Source: Epiperipatus broadwayi
Lineage: Eukaryota > Animalia > Onychophora
Reading direction: 5' to 3'
DNA length: 64,000 bases
NCBI GenBank assembly: GCA_028023455.1
Contig: JAQFVV010000006.1
Location: 18,352,001-18,416,000, forward strand
Part shown: positions 13,661-27,370 of the stretch, one piece after another
Numbering within the stretch: the first letter of the stretch is position 1
How the letters are laid out: the number at the start of each line of letters is the position of its first letter
Notes under the pieces: model-generated
What the model saw: only the letters and a program-made list of their open reading frames with translations
Databases searched by the model: none
Told to the model about the DNA's origin: nothing
Program-made: the position numbers and the translations under genes

Positions 13661-15711
13661 AAATAATTAGACAAATTTATTGGGTTTTAATCATTGATTT
13701 ATAATAAGAATTAGTAAGGATGGTAATAAAATCACAATAAAAAAAAATAAACGGATGTATGCAATTGACTGAAATCGTAACTATTAAGGAAAAAAAAATG
13801 CAAATGTGATTTTCTCTTGATATGTATGAAACTCAAAAATGTGTTGTATAACAATAATACTATATATAAACTGATGGCGTGGTTCCAAATATCCAGACTT
13901 TAAATAGGATTCACAATGAAAAAAAAAATGTGATCAAATAAAAATAGATTTTCATTTATTCACTAAGGTAATTCCTAAATAATTAAACCAACATAACAAT
14001 CTATTGCATTTAAACCATTCTCTATGTAAATAGCTCCGAGTTAAATTTTGAATATAAAAAATTTAAACACTTGAAAACATGAGGTCGTAAATTAACCCAT
14101 ATCATCAGAGTTTAAATAATAATAACAAAAATGAATCTCTCTAACCTTTTATTGTGTGAATCATATAATAACCCATGGATACTATTTAATTCTATATTTT
14201 AAAATGAAATATGAACAAAACATATACACCTTTTTTTTTAACAATATATATATATATATATACATAGATATCATACCACAAGTGAAAAGTCTTATTCCTC
14301 CTTTTTACTCACTTGTCAATTGTGGTCCTGTATCCCTGTTTCTGATTCCAGTGTGTAGGAACATTTTTCCTTAAGTAGAGAAGACAGCATGAATAATAAC
14401 AATCAAGGATTTGAATTCAATTATTTTTGTTTTTAATCCCCATTTTTCCTTTCAAGTATACAAATATATTCAACTTCATAAAAACATCACTGGTTTAATT
14501 TTCATTTTTCATTAGTAATAATATATAAAGAGAATTCTTTAATTGAGAAAATTCAATTACATCCAAATGAGTAATAAATGCTAGCATTTTTTCTTTATTT
14601 CAAATTAATAAAATGAAATTTCCATTGCTTAATATCCGATAGAAGTTGAATTAATCGATCCTGTGAAATTCATTGATCAAAATATGATATCTATATACAC
14701 ATCATGGGGTTTGATATTTCTCACAAATAAATAGATGAAATCCTAGATATTGACAAAGGAATATTTATAGCTTATTTGCAATACAACACATTTTAATGGG
14801 GGTTTTTAAATTACATTTTGCCATTTCCCCTGGAATTTCATCAACAAACTGTCTCAATCAATGCACAGATAATTAAAATTTTTATTCTTCCATGGTTTTA
14901 GAAACTAATTGCTTAAAAATAAATTTAATAAAATTTTAAAGACAAATATAAAAATGTTCATTCTAAGCAATGATAAAATTATAAAAAATTGAGTTACAGC
15001 ATTTCAGTTCTATTTATAACATATCCTTGCTGATGTCAATGTTCTCTAGACAACTGTTCATTATAACTCAGTGATCACTCGTTTACATATGAAAATTGTT
15101 TAATAAAATTTGCCTCCAATGCAATGAAGACTTTAAATATTGGATTCAGTAAAATAAAAGATTTTTTTTTTCATTTTAGAATTTCAATATTAATTTTCAT
15201 TTTTAGCCAAAAATAAAGAATTCATATTACATTTTCAACACCTTTTAATGAATATATATATATTTACATGTATTTTTGATAATATACTCCAATAAACTAA
15301 TTAATAAATAAACATATATGAAACATAAAATATTTAATTTTATAATAAGTTTTTGGTAAATGTAATAACAGAAATTGAAATATGTAATAATTAGTAATAG
15401 TGATTTTATTCAAGTGATTCTTTTATGATTTAGTTAATTATTTGCCCATATTTATTTATCTATTCGCATATTTATATTTTTCCTTAAAATTGATCACAAT
15501 CAATTTATGATTTGATGCTAATATTAATAGTAAATAATGGTATTTTAAAATATTAGGTTGCTATGATTGTCTAGTTAACATTTATATTTCAAGTCTTCCA
15601 TTATCCATAGATCAAGTGAAATGAAATTAAACAAGATTAATAAACTTTTATATATATATATTTTTTTAATATATACTGTGACCTACAGAACTAATCTGGG
15701 CAGATACAATG

Positions 15712-16149
15712 TATATAAGACATTTTGCGGGTTCATCCATGTCAAAAAATTTAAATATTAATATACCGATGTTTCGACTTGATCACACAAGTCATCCACT
15801 GGGTGATAAAACATAGAAAGATGGATCATATCCAGATGTGATAATCTCTGCCAGTGCAAAATTAGAGAAGCCATTGAGATACTTAAAAGACCAGATTGTA
15901 TCAATAAGTGAGGTGATACATGCAAACTTCCTTGTATTTGGAAAGATTTTTAAAAAAAACATTCTTAACATTTTTGCTATTGGTAGAACTTTGAGGTTTT
16001 TTCAAATCAGTCATTGTAGCCCCTCTACATCTATCTTTCTACCTTTTATCACCCAGTGGATGGATGACTTGTGTGATCAAGTCGAAATGTTGGTATATCA
16101 ATATTTAAATTTTTAAACACAGATGAACCCGTAAAATATGTTTTATATA
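15712..16149 (+). mobile_element. Penelope-like element remnant: inverted pLTR, ORF C-terminus, then pLTR, with HHR-like motifs
   Basis: Arms ~15712-15822 and ~16033-16149 are reverse complements. The spacer (15855-15950) translates to CKIREAIEILKRPDCINK*GDTCKLPCIWK, matching the GIY-YIG C-terminal signature R.I.EAIEI....LNRD.G..L..IW of Penelope ORFs. Confidence 0.85.
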
Positions 16150-18488
16150 TATATCAACTTGGGGGTTGGAATCAAGCTTTCTGTTTTTAGCTCATACTTG
16201 AGTTCATTGAAACACTAAATTACTATCAATTCTTTATAAATAAACATGTAAATGAGATTGAATTTAAAATCTTAGAAAGTTTAAAAAATATGTTACTAGT
16301 TTAAATTGCCTGATAGTAAAATGTAGTTGTAGATGACTATAATGCAAAATTGTGTTTCTTTTAGAGGAAGATCAATACTTTGAAATTAGACATTCAATTT
16401 TGTAGTTACCATTCAATATCTATTGATTACTCAGGCTTACATGAACAGTTTACAAACTGAACAATATGAAAAAATCTATTGCTTCCAATACTTTGTATAT
16501 ATATATGATAATTCTTTCTGAAATCTGACCTTGAATTTTAATTTAAAAATTTTAATTATTTTGTCTTATATATCATTGGATTCAATCTGAAATACATAAA
16601 TCATTTCACCCAATTATAATTTATTTCAAAGTATATGATTATGATAGTAAATTCAATGTATCCAATAAAAATAATAGTAACTTTTTAACCTGTTAATACA
16701 TGATCAGTAATAAGGTGTGTTCACTATGATGTTTTTCATAGCATTAAGCTTGATTGATGTTCTCCTGCAAAACTTTATTATCCAGGCTACTTTTACTTTT
16801 TTTTAAAAAGAAAGAAAGCAGGAATAATCCATATCTGAAGATGTGGGGTTTTTTTTTTTTTGCATGTGATCAAATATAATTTCTAGTATTATCTAAAAAT
16901 GGTGAGGATGCTTATCATTTTTAGACAAATTTTGTAAATGACAGAAGTAAGCATTTAAGATATTTGTGAGCAGAAAATATCTTGAAGTCGACACTTTAAT
17001 CAATTTCTTTTCTAGTGCCAGTAAAAAATCTTCTTAACTCTTATCAGTTTTTTTTTTTACTATATCTAATTTGTCAATGTAGTCACAATTATAATCTTTA
17101 TTCTTATTGTTGATTACTGATAGGATTCTAGTTTTCCTAAAGTATTACTAATGACCTTCACTATCCTAAGTTGACTTTTAGTTCACTAGAATTTAATTTT
17201 TTTTGGTGAAAGTTGAAGTTTAATTATTGATATAAGTTTATTACCAGTTGATAGACATTTTTTGGTAAATAAAATATGTTTTATAGGTACAAATACTAGT
17301 TGGTACCTTATTATTCTGATTTTTTTAATTTTCCATTCATTACTATCCTTTTTTAAGGTTTTTAATTTCTCTGTTATCTCTACTTTATAATTTACTATAT
17401 GCATTTGATCTATCTACAGATTGTATATTTTTCTTTTATATATAAAAAATTATAAATTTATTAATATTACTAATTGTTTGGCATATCAATTGGATATTTA
17501 TGGAGAAATCTTGTATACATATTTAAGTAAGTTAGTTGTTAAATAGTTATAGATAGTTTATCCTTTTATTAGTATATTTATATCATGATGAAAATATCTA
17601 TTCATTTTTTTTTCTTATTTAAATCCACTAAAAAAAAAAATAACTGAATGGTTTATAATAAATTTGAGCACTGTGATAAAGAATAAAATACAATCTAAGA
17701 CTTGAATTTTAATATGATTCACCCCTTTTATCACTGCATTAAACTATGCAAGACTTTAATCCATTATTACATAATACACTCAGTACATAATTTTTTTAGC
17801 TATGTCCCAAAGATTATCTTTATATTATTTTTAGATAATGTGTTAAAAAATAATAAAATAAACTACAAAAACTTTCACACTCAAGTAACATTATTAAGTC
17901 CATGCTCCTACAAGCTGTCTATGGAGAATTCATGATAAAAATTTATCTGAATATCATTTTTATGTCTGGAGAATGTATTTATTGAATAATAACAGTGAGA
18001 TATTTATAGTCTTCTAATACAAAAAAATACAATCTTATTATACTTTTATTTTATACTTCAATTGACATTCTCTGGTACACTTACATTTTGCGATTTTATT
18101 ATTACTAGTAGCCTTTTGTAGAATGAAATCATCCTAACTTTTGAAAGAAAAGAGAAACGAGGATCAAAAAGTTAAAGATGAATTTTTATGATAACTATGC
18201 AAACCAATCCGCAATCCCAAATGCATCCCCATATGGCACAAGTTGGCTCTTTTGCTTACTTATTTAATATCTTGCAATTTTTTAATTTCATTTTCAGCAT
18301 TCAGCAGTTTTTTTCACTATTATGTTCTCCATTAGTCATATTCTTCCGAAAAAGTAATCTATACTGCATCTTTTTATAATGACTTGGAAATAATCTTTAT
18401 TCAACCAAGCACAGATTGTAATATTTTTTATTAAAGAAGTCACTAATAATATAAGCATTGTCAAATAATTAATTAAGATTTTTGGATA

Positions 18489-21400
18489 TTTGTGAGTTTT
18501 CAGGTAAACTAAGATGGCACATCATATTTTGATAAATGTAGAGTTCATGGACCTATAATCTATCAAAGATATGTTAGTTGGTAAAACAAAATTAATAAAT
18601 TGATTGTTAAATTTTAAAAAGGAACAAATTCCAATAAATTTTATTAAGAAGCTTTATTTCAATTTTTTTTAAAATTTATTTATTTTAAGTAATAAACTTT
18701 ATTAAAACAAAACATATTTACATAATTACAAGATAAAGTTTTAGTTCAGACAAAAACAAAAAAAAATGAACAGTATTATCCTTCACTTGTCCATAATACA
18801 TATTGCATCATGTTCACTTAACTTTCCTGTCATGTGTTAATTGTCATTGTTTACGATTTAGACCCTTTTTCTTTAACAACAACATTACAATTCTTTATTA
18901 TATGTTTTACTCCCAGATTTCATATTTGGAGAGAGCAATTCCTCCCCATACACATTGGAAGGTTTTTTGGGGCCAATATTTTAGGCATAAGTTAGAATAG
19001 TTCTCCCAATCTTTATCCATTTTTTTAACCAATTGAATTTCTTATTATCAAATAAAAATGAACTTCTTACTGCCCACAATGATTTCAGCATATGGATCAT
19101 TACATTCGCATTGTGTGGGTTAAAGTTTATAACATATTTTTTCATAAGATATTTGAAATTTATTATAGACCGGTGAAAGATCTTCATTCTAATTTCTCTA
19201 AAGGCGTAGCAATCTTCAAACAAGTGCGTAAAAGTTTCACTGCCCCTGTTACACATAATACAGGTTTCATTCCAACTCAACCCCAGTCTTTTATTAATAT
19301 ATGTAGTTGTAGGTAGAATCCCATTGATTAACTTAAAAATAAATCTCATTGATATCTGAGGTGTATATATTAAGTGAAATTTTTTAAAAACATTTTTCAT
19401 TGAACAGCTCAACCAATTATTTTCATTTTGGTAATTTGCTTTTTTAAAATCTTTATATCTAATACCATCTAGGGTGTTTAAATCAAGTTCATCTTGCAAG
19501 TCTTTATATGCCATCAACATATCAGTAAGATACAATCTTTTTTCAGCTCCCAATTCGTTAATAATAAATATGTCACTGTTTGGGAGATTAAATGACTGAG
19601 CTTTGGCTATATTCATATAAGCTTTAGCAGTAACAAATCAAACATAAGCTTTTGGGTCAATTAAATTGAGACCATCCTTATTTATTGGAAGCTGTAAAAG
19701 CGAGGTAGAGAGGAGATAAGTTTTTTTTCCCCATATGAATTTTTTTGCCATCTATATAATCTTTAGGTTTGATCTATTATATAGTTTTCACCATGGGCTG
19801 TAATATCTTAGCACTCCCATTGAAATTGCATTAAATATTTTGGTTTTAGTTATTTCATAATTCTTTCTTTTATTTTCATTGTGACTAATTGGTTTAATAG
19901 CCCATTCATATTAGTTTTTGATAAATATAATGGAAGGCGAAAGAAGGACAGGCAGGGCTACAAACTCATTGGGAATTCTTTTCCCTTTTGCCAATTGCCA
20001 AGCTGCTGATTTATTTACTTGAATTAATGCTCCAGTTGCCTGCTGAAATTTTCTGATTATATTCATTACAACATCAATATTACAACAATTTTCAAAAATT
20101 ATAATATCATCTATAAATGGTGTGACCTTTACTGAAACTCCCAATTGGGAGGTAAATTCCATTTATAAGTGCCTCTATTTCTTTTATCATGGGATCTACA
20201 TAAATTGCAAACAACAGTGCTGCCAAAGATGATTCTTGCGGAATTCCTATAAACTCTGATCTTCTCATAAATTTTTTATAAGAGATTCTATTATTCATAA
20301 TGTAATTTTTTATTGCATTCAATAAGAATTGATCATCTTCTATAAGCTCCTTTAGAGTATTAAATAGATAAGATCAGTTAACAAGGTCAAAAGCAGATTT
20401 AAAATCAATTTGTAATGCAAAATACTGTGTTAAATTATATATCCTGGCATGCTTGATAGCTTTTTGGATTTTAATAGCTGCATTTACTGCTCTCTTGCCT
20501 TTTACTGCATGATGCGCAGTTGATATCTTGTTACTGACATTTCTGAATAATTTTTTTGTAATATTCTAGGAATGATTTTAGCATCAATATCCTCAATTGT
20601 TATATTTCTTAGTTCTTCAAAACAGGGCATTTTCATATTCTTTTTTTTTTTTAATGCTGAAGATTATTCTGTTGTTAATGTATGGCCAATTGAATCTCTG
20701 AGCACATTTGATTATAAAATTTTAATAAAGGACCAATCAGAAGATAACCAATTTGCTTATAGACTGATGCTGGGATTCCGTCATTTGCTAATACTGTTTG
20801 CAACTTTAATCTCTTTATTTCAACAAAGACCTCCTGATGTGAGATGTAACCATTCATAGTTTGCTTTAATTGCATCAAGAATTGTTCACTCTCAATCCTT
20901 CATTTGCCCATGATTTCTTTTAATCTCACAACCATATATTGATCTACCTCATCACCTGATATCACGGAGTCTTCGGCTGTCATCATCAATGGGATACCAT
21001 TGGTGTGAGGGATGTATATTTTCACATAGTTAATTGTTGGCTTCACTATTTTGTTAAGATCTGGGATTAATTTTCTTATTCTTCGTGTATATGTTTCTTC
21101 CTGCATTCTTTTTATATATATCATTGTATTCCAATTGTAGTTTCGTCACTAAATCATTATTTTCTCTGAGGCCAGATATAGTACTTAGTATTTTATTGAT
21201 TTCAATAATTCTATTTTTCATTTGGTTTTGTGTTAACACATTATTTGTGTTATTACGGCATAGCCTTGAGATAATTGTTTTCATTTTATTACATGCAATA
21301 CATGGAGGTTGCTTTGATTGTCTTATATAGTAGTTTGATACTATCAAAATATTAGACGTTTGATCAACTGTAAAATTTGGGACTTTCCTTCACAGAACAT

Positions 21401-21746
21401 AATGCAGTGGACTATTTTCAAAGGTACAGGATCCTGTCCTCCTAAAAAAATGTGTATTAGTATGTCATGATATGTTTTCATGCTGTTGATATGAATAAAG
21501 TGTAAACATTGTATTTATATTTTTTCAATTTTCTATTAAAAAGTTAATCACAAACATAAATAAATAAACTGTAAATATTGTAATTAATTTTTCCTCAATG
21601 ATTTCTTTTTTAAAAAAGAAATAAAATGTGATTATTAAATAGGACATTTCCTAGCAAGCATTTTTTGTAAACATTTTTGGGGGCCCCCAAAACTAGATTT
21701 ATCAAAAATATGGGCTGCCATCTTGATCTTCTTGAAAACTCACAAG
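18489..21746. mobile_element. TA-flanked MITE (same family as 44981-45659) interrupted by a LINE
   Basis: ~55-bp TIRs (TTTGTGAGTTTTCAGG..AAGATGGCAC..CATATTTTGATAAAT and its inverse at ~21695-21746). TA at 18487-88 and 21747-48. Segments 18489-18668 and ~21371-21746 align with the 45-kb copy. Confidence 0.8.
18665..21365 (-). mobile_element. 5'-truncated L1/Tx1-clade non-LTR retrotransposon relic
   Basis: RT fragments GIPQESSLAALLFAIYVDP and FIDDIIIF, C-terminal LPTTTY...CIMCNRGSETFTHLFEDC (CCHC), and a 3' UTR with AATAAA and an A-rich tail at ~18661-18700. Confidence 0.88.
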
Positions 21747-23568
21747 TACTGATTTTTGTTTTAGTGAACCCAAGAAGGGATTAATTCATACTCACAACAT
21801 ACTTGTTAAGAGAATTTCATAACTTGATTCATTTAAAATATCAAAATTGACCATATTAGTGTTAGACAGCATGAGTAACAATTGCTTCTAGAAGGTGAAT
21901 TTTTTTATTGCTATATTTTTTAATGCTGTTATCATTTTAGTATTGTAGCTTAAACTTTGATCTGTCCAACTGTTTTTTTAAATATCCTGATCACCCACTA
22001 TGTAAGATAATGATTTTGAGTGTAGATGCACCAAAGGTTTTTATAAATCAATCTTCAGTCTGAATAATATATTTCTAAGAGTCAATTCATATTTTGTGTA
22101 AAAATTCATTTACTTTCATTCTTAATTCTTGCTTTTATCTATATGTGCTATAAATTTTGTAAGAAGAATAAAATGTGTACATGTCAATTTTTAACTTGAT
22201 TAATCTTTCATTGATTTATTTAGGAATTCTCAGAATAGAAGAAACTAAATTTGACATCCTTCAAATTCAATAGAGGGCCCTCTTCTTTTATTCATTAACT
22301 GCTCTTCTAAAATTAACTGCTCTTCTAAAAATAGTTGTTACACTATTCAATTAAAATTCATTTCTCAATGTGTGAGTTTTATTAAGAGCATTCATTGATA
22401 ACTTCTTAGCTGCAAGCACCACTTGTGATCAGGTTTGAAGTAAAGCACATGGATATTGTATTTAGGGGGAAAATGAATCACTTTATTATTAACTTCTACT
22501 TTGTTGCCATTACCATTGCTGATATCATAGTTAATTCTTCTGCCTTATGAGCTATCTACCTTACGCGTGATTGTGTTGAAGTAACAATTTTTATTCTATC
22601 TTTTCTAAGTTCTTTTCAAATGCCTCATGTATATATTTACAGTAAATTGTATTGTTGATTTTGTCCGTAATTTTTTTTTCTTTTATGTTTTTTTCTTTTA
22701 TTTTACAGCTATTTTGTTTTTATTCAGTCAGGAAATAAATAATCAAAATTCAAGTCATCGTGGGTTCTGAAATATTCTTTTTGTTTGAGATATTGACAAG
22801 TAAAGAGTTGTTGAGAAATAAAAATCAAGTTGAAAAATTTAACTTTTTTTTTGTCTTTAAGTGAAGTTTTATCTACAATTTATAGACTTTGAATTAATAT
22901 AAATTCTTTTGTAAAGTGAAAAAAAAGAGAACATTTTGAAAAACAAAAAAGAGAAAAGAAAGAGAATTATATTTAATGAAACTGTGTTCGTTTGAATTAA
23001 ATAGATTGTTTGCATCCTGTTTATAAAAAAATAAAGAGGAGAAAAAATAACCACTTCATGTCGAAAGGATTAATTTTTAAGTGGGATATTGAAAAGTAAT
23101 TTATTTATCTTTGGATAAAATTATAAAGATGTGCCTTATTACATTAATTATTGAGTTTTCACTATTTCCTGATTTATAATCAATATTTATTGGTATTTGG
23201 AATTAATTCTGTATGCACTGTATATATATAAGTAAATAAAATGTAAAAAGTTTTTGGAAGATACCAAGTAACAATCCTCCTTGATGAGAAATTCCTATGT
23301 TCACCAATACAATAATCCTGTTCACCATAGAAATTTCTGAGTAGAGGAACAGACATAGCGTATTTCCTAAAAAAATTTAAAATTTCATCTTTTGTCTGTG
23401 AAAATCAATACATTGTAAGTATATATTATAATTATTTATTTATTGTAGTAAATGATTTTTTTAAATGTACCCCTGGATATAATAATTTGACCAATTTTTT
23501 GATTGCATAGTAGTAGATACTCTTCCCCCATCACATGGGAGACTGCAATTCAGTTAACGTAGCATTAT

Positions 23569-23970
23569 ATGCCTATGTGTTTGAAAGGGCAGTTTTTTGA
23601 TTAGATGTCTTTTATCAGTTCTTAAATATGAATTTGAGATTAGAGTAGTATATTAGGAGTAACAAGAATAGATTAAAAACAAAATTTGTGCATGACAGAA
23701 AAATAGGTATCACGTCATTGAAGGAATTAAGAGACTAACATGCAGCTGAATTGGGCATAAGTTAGAAGAGATGATAATAGACGAATAGTTGAAGTTTCAA
23801 ATTGTATGCCAAGAGAGTTTAAAAAACTTAGAAAAAGATATTTGAGCTGGATGGATGAAATTTATTTGTTGACATGATGAGGAAAAGAGAAACCAAGGAT
23901 CAAAGAAACTGGATTAAAAATGGAGAGACCTTCATCCTGACTAATAATGGTTGAAAATGATGGTAATGAG
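23569..23970 (+). mobile_element. Decayed RTE LINE 3' fragment
   Basis: Reads MPMCLK..., ILGVTR..., then a W.GH-like motif and WIKNGETFIL, followed by a decayed (TGA)n tail. Confidence 0.7.
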
Positions 23971-24621
23971 ACTAATTTGGCTTATTATAAATTTGTTTGG
24001 TCAGAAACAGAATTATTTTAACTTTTAGTATATTTAAATGTATATAAACAAAATTATGTTCTACTTTCAAATCAGCTTTCATTCTGTTATAACTAATGTC
24101 GAATTATCATGATATATTAATTATTAATAAAATCTTGATCACTAAAATAGTTTGTTTAGTAATTTATTTATTTACCATAAATTTCTACAGGTAGAATATT
24201 TTAATTACTATTAAATTTTTTAAATATTAATCAACATTCTTTCAAATTGATTGGTGTGAGTGAGAATGGTCTTCAAGTTAAAGAGTCGTGGGTTGAAACT
24301 CAATCTGTCATTGTCAGTGCTCAAATATTATATGACTTCCCAAGCAACTAACCATATCATTTTTTTTATTACTAATTACTAATTTTGTTAATTAGAAATG
24401 TGTTTTCTTAGGATAGAAGATGTAATTTGTTTTCAATTTATTTATATTATTATATAAATATGAAAGTTTGTTTATTTGTGACTCTATAACTGCACAAATA
24501 TTCACCAATCTTAAAGAATCTTGCATGATTTTTTTCTCTTTTTATATAGAATTTTACTAGCATATAATTTTTTTGTTTTGTTTTTAAAAAATTGCAATAT
24601 AAAAGTACCTGAAAAATATAG

Positions 24622-26915
24622 CATCATCATCATCAACAACCATTATCAATTCACTGCAGGATGAAGATCTCTCCAAATTCAAACCATCTTCTCCGATCTT
24701 TACCTTCTTTTCTTCACATCACCCCTGCACACTTTCTTATTTCATCCATCCATCTCACATGTGGTTTCTTTCTGGGTCTTTTCTTGGAATCCAGTTTAAT
24801 ATTTCAAATGTCCATCTTTTATTATCTCTTCTAGCTATATGTCCAGCCCCAACTCCACTTCAGTCTTTTAATTTTTTCAATGAGGTCAGTAACACCTGTT
24901 TGTTCTCTTACCCATACATTGTGCTTTCGATCTCTTCTTGTTATCCCCAACATGCATCTCTCCATACTTTTTTGAGTGGTCTGAAGTCTCTGTATTGCTC
25001 TTCTATTAAATATCCAAATCTCAGATCCATAAGTAAGAACTGGTAAAAGACATTTATTAAAAACCTTCCTTTTCAAACATATAGGCATATTTCCTTTTAG
25101 TATCAAGTTATTTCTACCAAAAAGCACTTCAACCAAGTTTAATTCTATGATTAATTTCATACATTATGTTTCCATCTGAATTAATAATCTGACCAAGGTA
25201 TTTGTAGCTGTTAACTTCTAACTCATCATAATCAAGCTTTATTTTCCTATTTTGAGAAAATCCATTAAACATTACTTTAGTCTTTTTAACATTTACCTTT
25301 AGTCCTACTTTCATTTGATAACTCCTGCAACATTTCCTACAAATCTAAATGACTTAAAACAATCTCCATTTACTTTCACTTCTTTAGCTTCTTATTTTAA
25401 TCCACAAAATACTTTTTGCAGCACTGTTGTATAAAGTTTTGGAGATATGGACCCTGTCTTATACCCTTCTCAATGTTGACTTTCCTAGTATCATTATGTA
25501 ATTAATTGTTGCTATTGCATTTTTACAAATATTCTTTAAAATATGACAATATCCTGGATTTATATTTTGATGATTCAATGCTTTAATCACTGAAGAAATG
25601 TTTATAGAATCAAATGCCTTTTCATAATCTACAAATCCAAAGCATAATAGCAACTCATATTCATTCTTGATAGAAATCTTCTACCCATTTCATGATGTCA
25701 CCTCACTTTTTAGTAATAACTCCATTTTTTTCTTATTGAAGATATAATTTCTTAGCAATACCAAAATGTTTGTTTTACATTTTTGAGACTTTTATTTTCT
25801 TCTACAGCTTTCCTTGCTAGTTCACAGTTATACTTTCTTATATCATTTTAATTTTTTTTTGTACTATTTTATAAAATTCACGATATCCATTCCTTGTTAA
25901 TGCATCATTTTTGTATACCTTCATATTCCTTTTTTTCTTCATAAATTCTCTAGTCTCAGTAGAAATTTTATTGGTGAATTGCTGCTTTTTTTCACTAACT
26001 ATCTTTGTTGCAGTTTTTAAAAGTGTATCATTTATTTTCATATTAATTTCATTCAAAATCTACTAATATGTGAAACCGATTTGTAAGTTCTAATTTAAAT
26101 TCATTAGATTGTTTCTGGAGATTAGGAATATCAGCTGTAAGTATTGTTTTTCTCAATTTTTGTCTCTCTAGTTTTGCATTAACATGTTTCTTACTAATTG
26201 ATGATCACTTCCTGTGTTAAATTTATTAAGAACATTACAATCTTGAAGTGTATATTTTTTGTTAGTCAAAATACAATCCAATTCTGCTGTACCTTCATTT
26301 GGATGCTTCCATGTCAATTTCCTTTTAACATTTCTCAAAAAAAAGAATTCATAATATTAAGTTTTTCTTTTTCTACAAACTCCACATGTCTATGCCCTCT
26401 TTCATTTCTATTATCATAACCAAAATTATCTATAGTCCTTTCATTTGTTTACCAATTCTAGCATTAAGGTCTCCATAACAATTTTAAAATGTTGTTTCCT
26501 CTGATCAAAAGCCTTTTGTAAATCCATATAAAAATCTTCTAATACTTTGTCACTATGAGAACTTTTTGGGGCATAAACCTGAATTATCTGCATTTGGTTA
26601 TCTGCTATTAAGTTGTATAACTACTCTTGCCACTCTGTTCGATACACAATCAATCTCCACAATGTTGTTCCTCCACTTTTTATTTATAATGAATCCTACT
26701 CCACTCTGTATTTTCAATATTTGCGCCTTTATAGTAGAGTACATGTCCAGTTTTTAAATCAATTGTCTCTTCACCTTTTCTAACTTCACAAAGTCCAATA
26801 ATGTCCCATTTAATATAAGATAGTTCTTCTAATTCTTGCAATCTTTATTTGCTTGAAAGTGATCTGCAGTTGTTTAAGTACCTAAATGAAAATTCATCAT
26901 CAAATGGCAGCCTGG
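24622..26915 (-). mobile_element. Near full-length but frameshifted and partly deleted RTE-clade LINE (APE endonuclease plus RT)
   Basis: Endonuclease start NCRSLS...ELEELSYIKWDIIGLCEVRK (~26760-26880). RT motifs FVDYEKAFDS and VGLKVNVKKTKVM...YKYLGQ. C-terminus VLTYGSEIW...QKSMERCMLGITRRDRK...LKWSW. (TGA)n tail at 24622-24633. Confidence 0.92.
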
Positions 26916-27370
26916 AAAAATATATATTGTATGTGTTTTTGAATGATGTCATAAAAAACTAAAATGAGAGAAGCAATGATTAAATGATTACAGAGTTAGA
27001 AAATAGTTTTTGGTAAAACAAGATAAAGTAAATTTTAAATTAATTAAATTACATTTGTAATAAATATTTAATGATAGTTTAGATCAGTTACAATAATGAA
27101 TTTGATAAACTTTTAGAATTTTAGTTTAAATATATATTTAACATGTGTTAAAGTAAAATTTAAAATTGTACAGGTGCAGCAAGAGAAATATTACTACATT
27201 TGATAAATTTTTACTATGAAATTGGTAAACGTTTAGGGATATCAGTTTCAATACGAATAACATGTGAAAAAATACATTTTAAATTGCCACAGTTTTACTG
27301 AATTTGATAAAATTTTACCATTTCCTTTAAAAAAAGAAATTATTTCACACTCAGCTGCCTACTATATATC

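Noticed and set aside
17020-17404. Lys-rich minus-strand ORF, possibly a Penelope RT N-terminal relic
   Set aside because: Motifs are too decayed and not in a convincing order.
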